Assembly (NCBI RefSeq): GCF_964204645.1
Contig: NC_134031.1
Span: forward strand, 17,099,807-17,163,806
DNA from: Tubulanus polymorphus
Taxonomy: Eukaryota; Animalia; Nemertea
DNA length: 64,000 nt
Reading direction: 5' to 3'
The notes beneath the pieces were generated by a model. It was not told the origin of the DNA and ran no database searches. It saw nothing but the letters and a program-made list of their open reading frames with translations. Position 1 is the first letter of the stretch. Each line of letters begins with the position of its first letter. Below, one piece after another: positions 62,984 to 64,000 of the stretch. A program made the position numbers and the translations under genes.

Positions 62984-64000
62984 TCAATCGTGAGGGGGCG
63001 AAGACGAATAGATTCCGTTTGAAACAGGTGGATGTTGACCTTTGATGGGACCTTTTTGTACGCTGTTACGTCGTTTAAAACGCAACAGTTTACGAAACTC
63101 GGAGAAGACCGTGTCCTGGTGATGTATCGTTTTGAAAACGTCCAAACACTTCTGACGAAGTCCCTCGTCGTCGGACTGATAATCCTCCTCCTCGAACAGT
63201 CGTGACATCATTTGCTCGAATTCGACAGGTTCGTCGACTGTGCGGGCAGTATCTTCGCCGTCGGTGGTGTCGTAACGAGGTTTACTGGTAGAACCGGCGG
63301 CGTTGTAGCGAGGAGTTGTACCGTCCGATAGATACCCGCCCTCCTCAGTCGCAGTGTCTTCTAAATCGCCGAAATGATCGCTAGATCGAAACACGTCGCT
63401 ATACGTCGAGTTTAATCGATCGGGTCGTATAGATCCGTTGAAACCGGAATCGAAACTGCTCGTACTTTCCAACTGACCGCTTTTCATCATTCTAGGTGAT
63501 AAAAACTCGGATTCACTGAATGTCCTATCATTAGCAGTAGGCTGAGATAATGAGGCGCGAAGCTTCGGCGCAGTTGAGCTCTGGTAAGGCTGGAACGAAG
63601 CCGCGGAACGCGGAGTCAAAGGCGGAACTCGTTTCACTGCTGTAGGTGCAACTGACGTCAGCGTCAACGGTGATGGCAGTTTCTCCGGCTTATCATCGGG
63701 CGTATCAAACTCCAACGGAGATCTATAACTTCGGAACGGAGATGGAGGCTTAGTGTCTGATAACTTAGCTTCTGCTCTGCCGGCAGGCGAAGGCCTTCGT
63801 TCGGATTTCGACGATGGAGGCGTCATCCTGGAAATAAATTGTGCATCGTCAGTTCTCCCTGTATCGATATTTACGTCCGTGCTAGATGATAACCAAAGCG
63901 GTGGTATTAAAAGCGGTGAAGATCGGTTCGATGACGTTTTACGATTACCAGGTTCGTTTGATATCCGCGATTGCGGCGAAGTTTCCGGATTTCGTTGTCG
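62984..64000 (-). CDS. 3' terminal coding region of an unidentified Ser/Pro-rich protein (continues beyond the window)
   Basis: The frame of ORF 62984-63826 stays open to the window edge (RQRNPETSPQSRISNEPG...QFISRMTPPSS...). It is GC-richer than its flanks and is followed by a long AT-rich putative 3' UTR. Confidence 0.75.
   Translation of the reverse strand, partial: RQRNPETSPQSRISNEPGNRKTSSNRSSPLLIPPLWLSSSTDVNIDTGRTDDAQFISRMTPPSSKSERRPSPAGRAEAKLSDTKPPSPFRSYRSPLEFDTPDDKPEKLPSPLTLTSVAPTAVKRVPPLTPRSAASFQPYQSSTAPKLRASLSQPTANDRTFSESEFLSPRMMKSGQLESTSSFDSGFNGSIRPDRLNSTYSDVFRSSDHFGDLEDTATEEGGYLSDGTTPRYNAAGSTSKPRYDTTDGEDTARTVDEPVEFEQMMSRLFEEEDYQSDDEGLRQKCLDVFKTIHHQDTVFSEFRKLLRFKRRNSVQKGPIKGQHPPVSNGIYSSSPPHD

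Overview
AT-rich eukaryotic (invertebrate-type, inferred) DNA with spliced genes. The window is dominated by a head-to-tail tandem duplication: copy 1 is 5157-31576, copy 2 is 31577-59654, the junction is blunt, and the copies are about 98-99% identical by eye. Each copy carries most of a GOLGA2/GM130 gene, two small genes of unknown function and three tandem pentameric ligand-gated ion channel genes. Only copy 1 of GOLGA2 has its promoter and exon 1. The six channel genes have nicotinic-receptor-type exon structure and a cation-type M2, but they lack both Cys-loop cysteines and most acetylcholine-binding residues. They differ mainly in the ligand-binding loops, which makes them candidate novel chemosensory channels. 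Comparing the two copies exposes two insertions with exact empty sites: a 317-bp MITE with a 6-bp target duplication, and a 1910-bp compound-type element with apparently identical 493-bp terminal direct repeats and a 4-bp target duplication. Outside the duplication are a decayed DIRS-type tyrosine recombinase, two minisatellites, an MS4A/CD20-like gene and the 3' end of an unknown Ser/Pro-rich gene. Exon structures and difference counts were worked out by eye.
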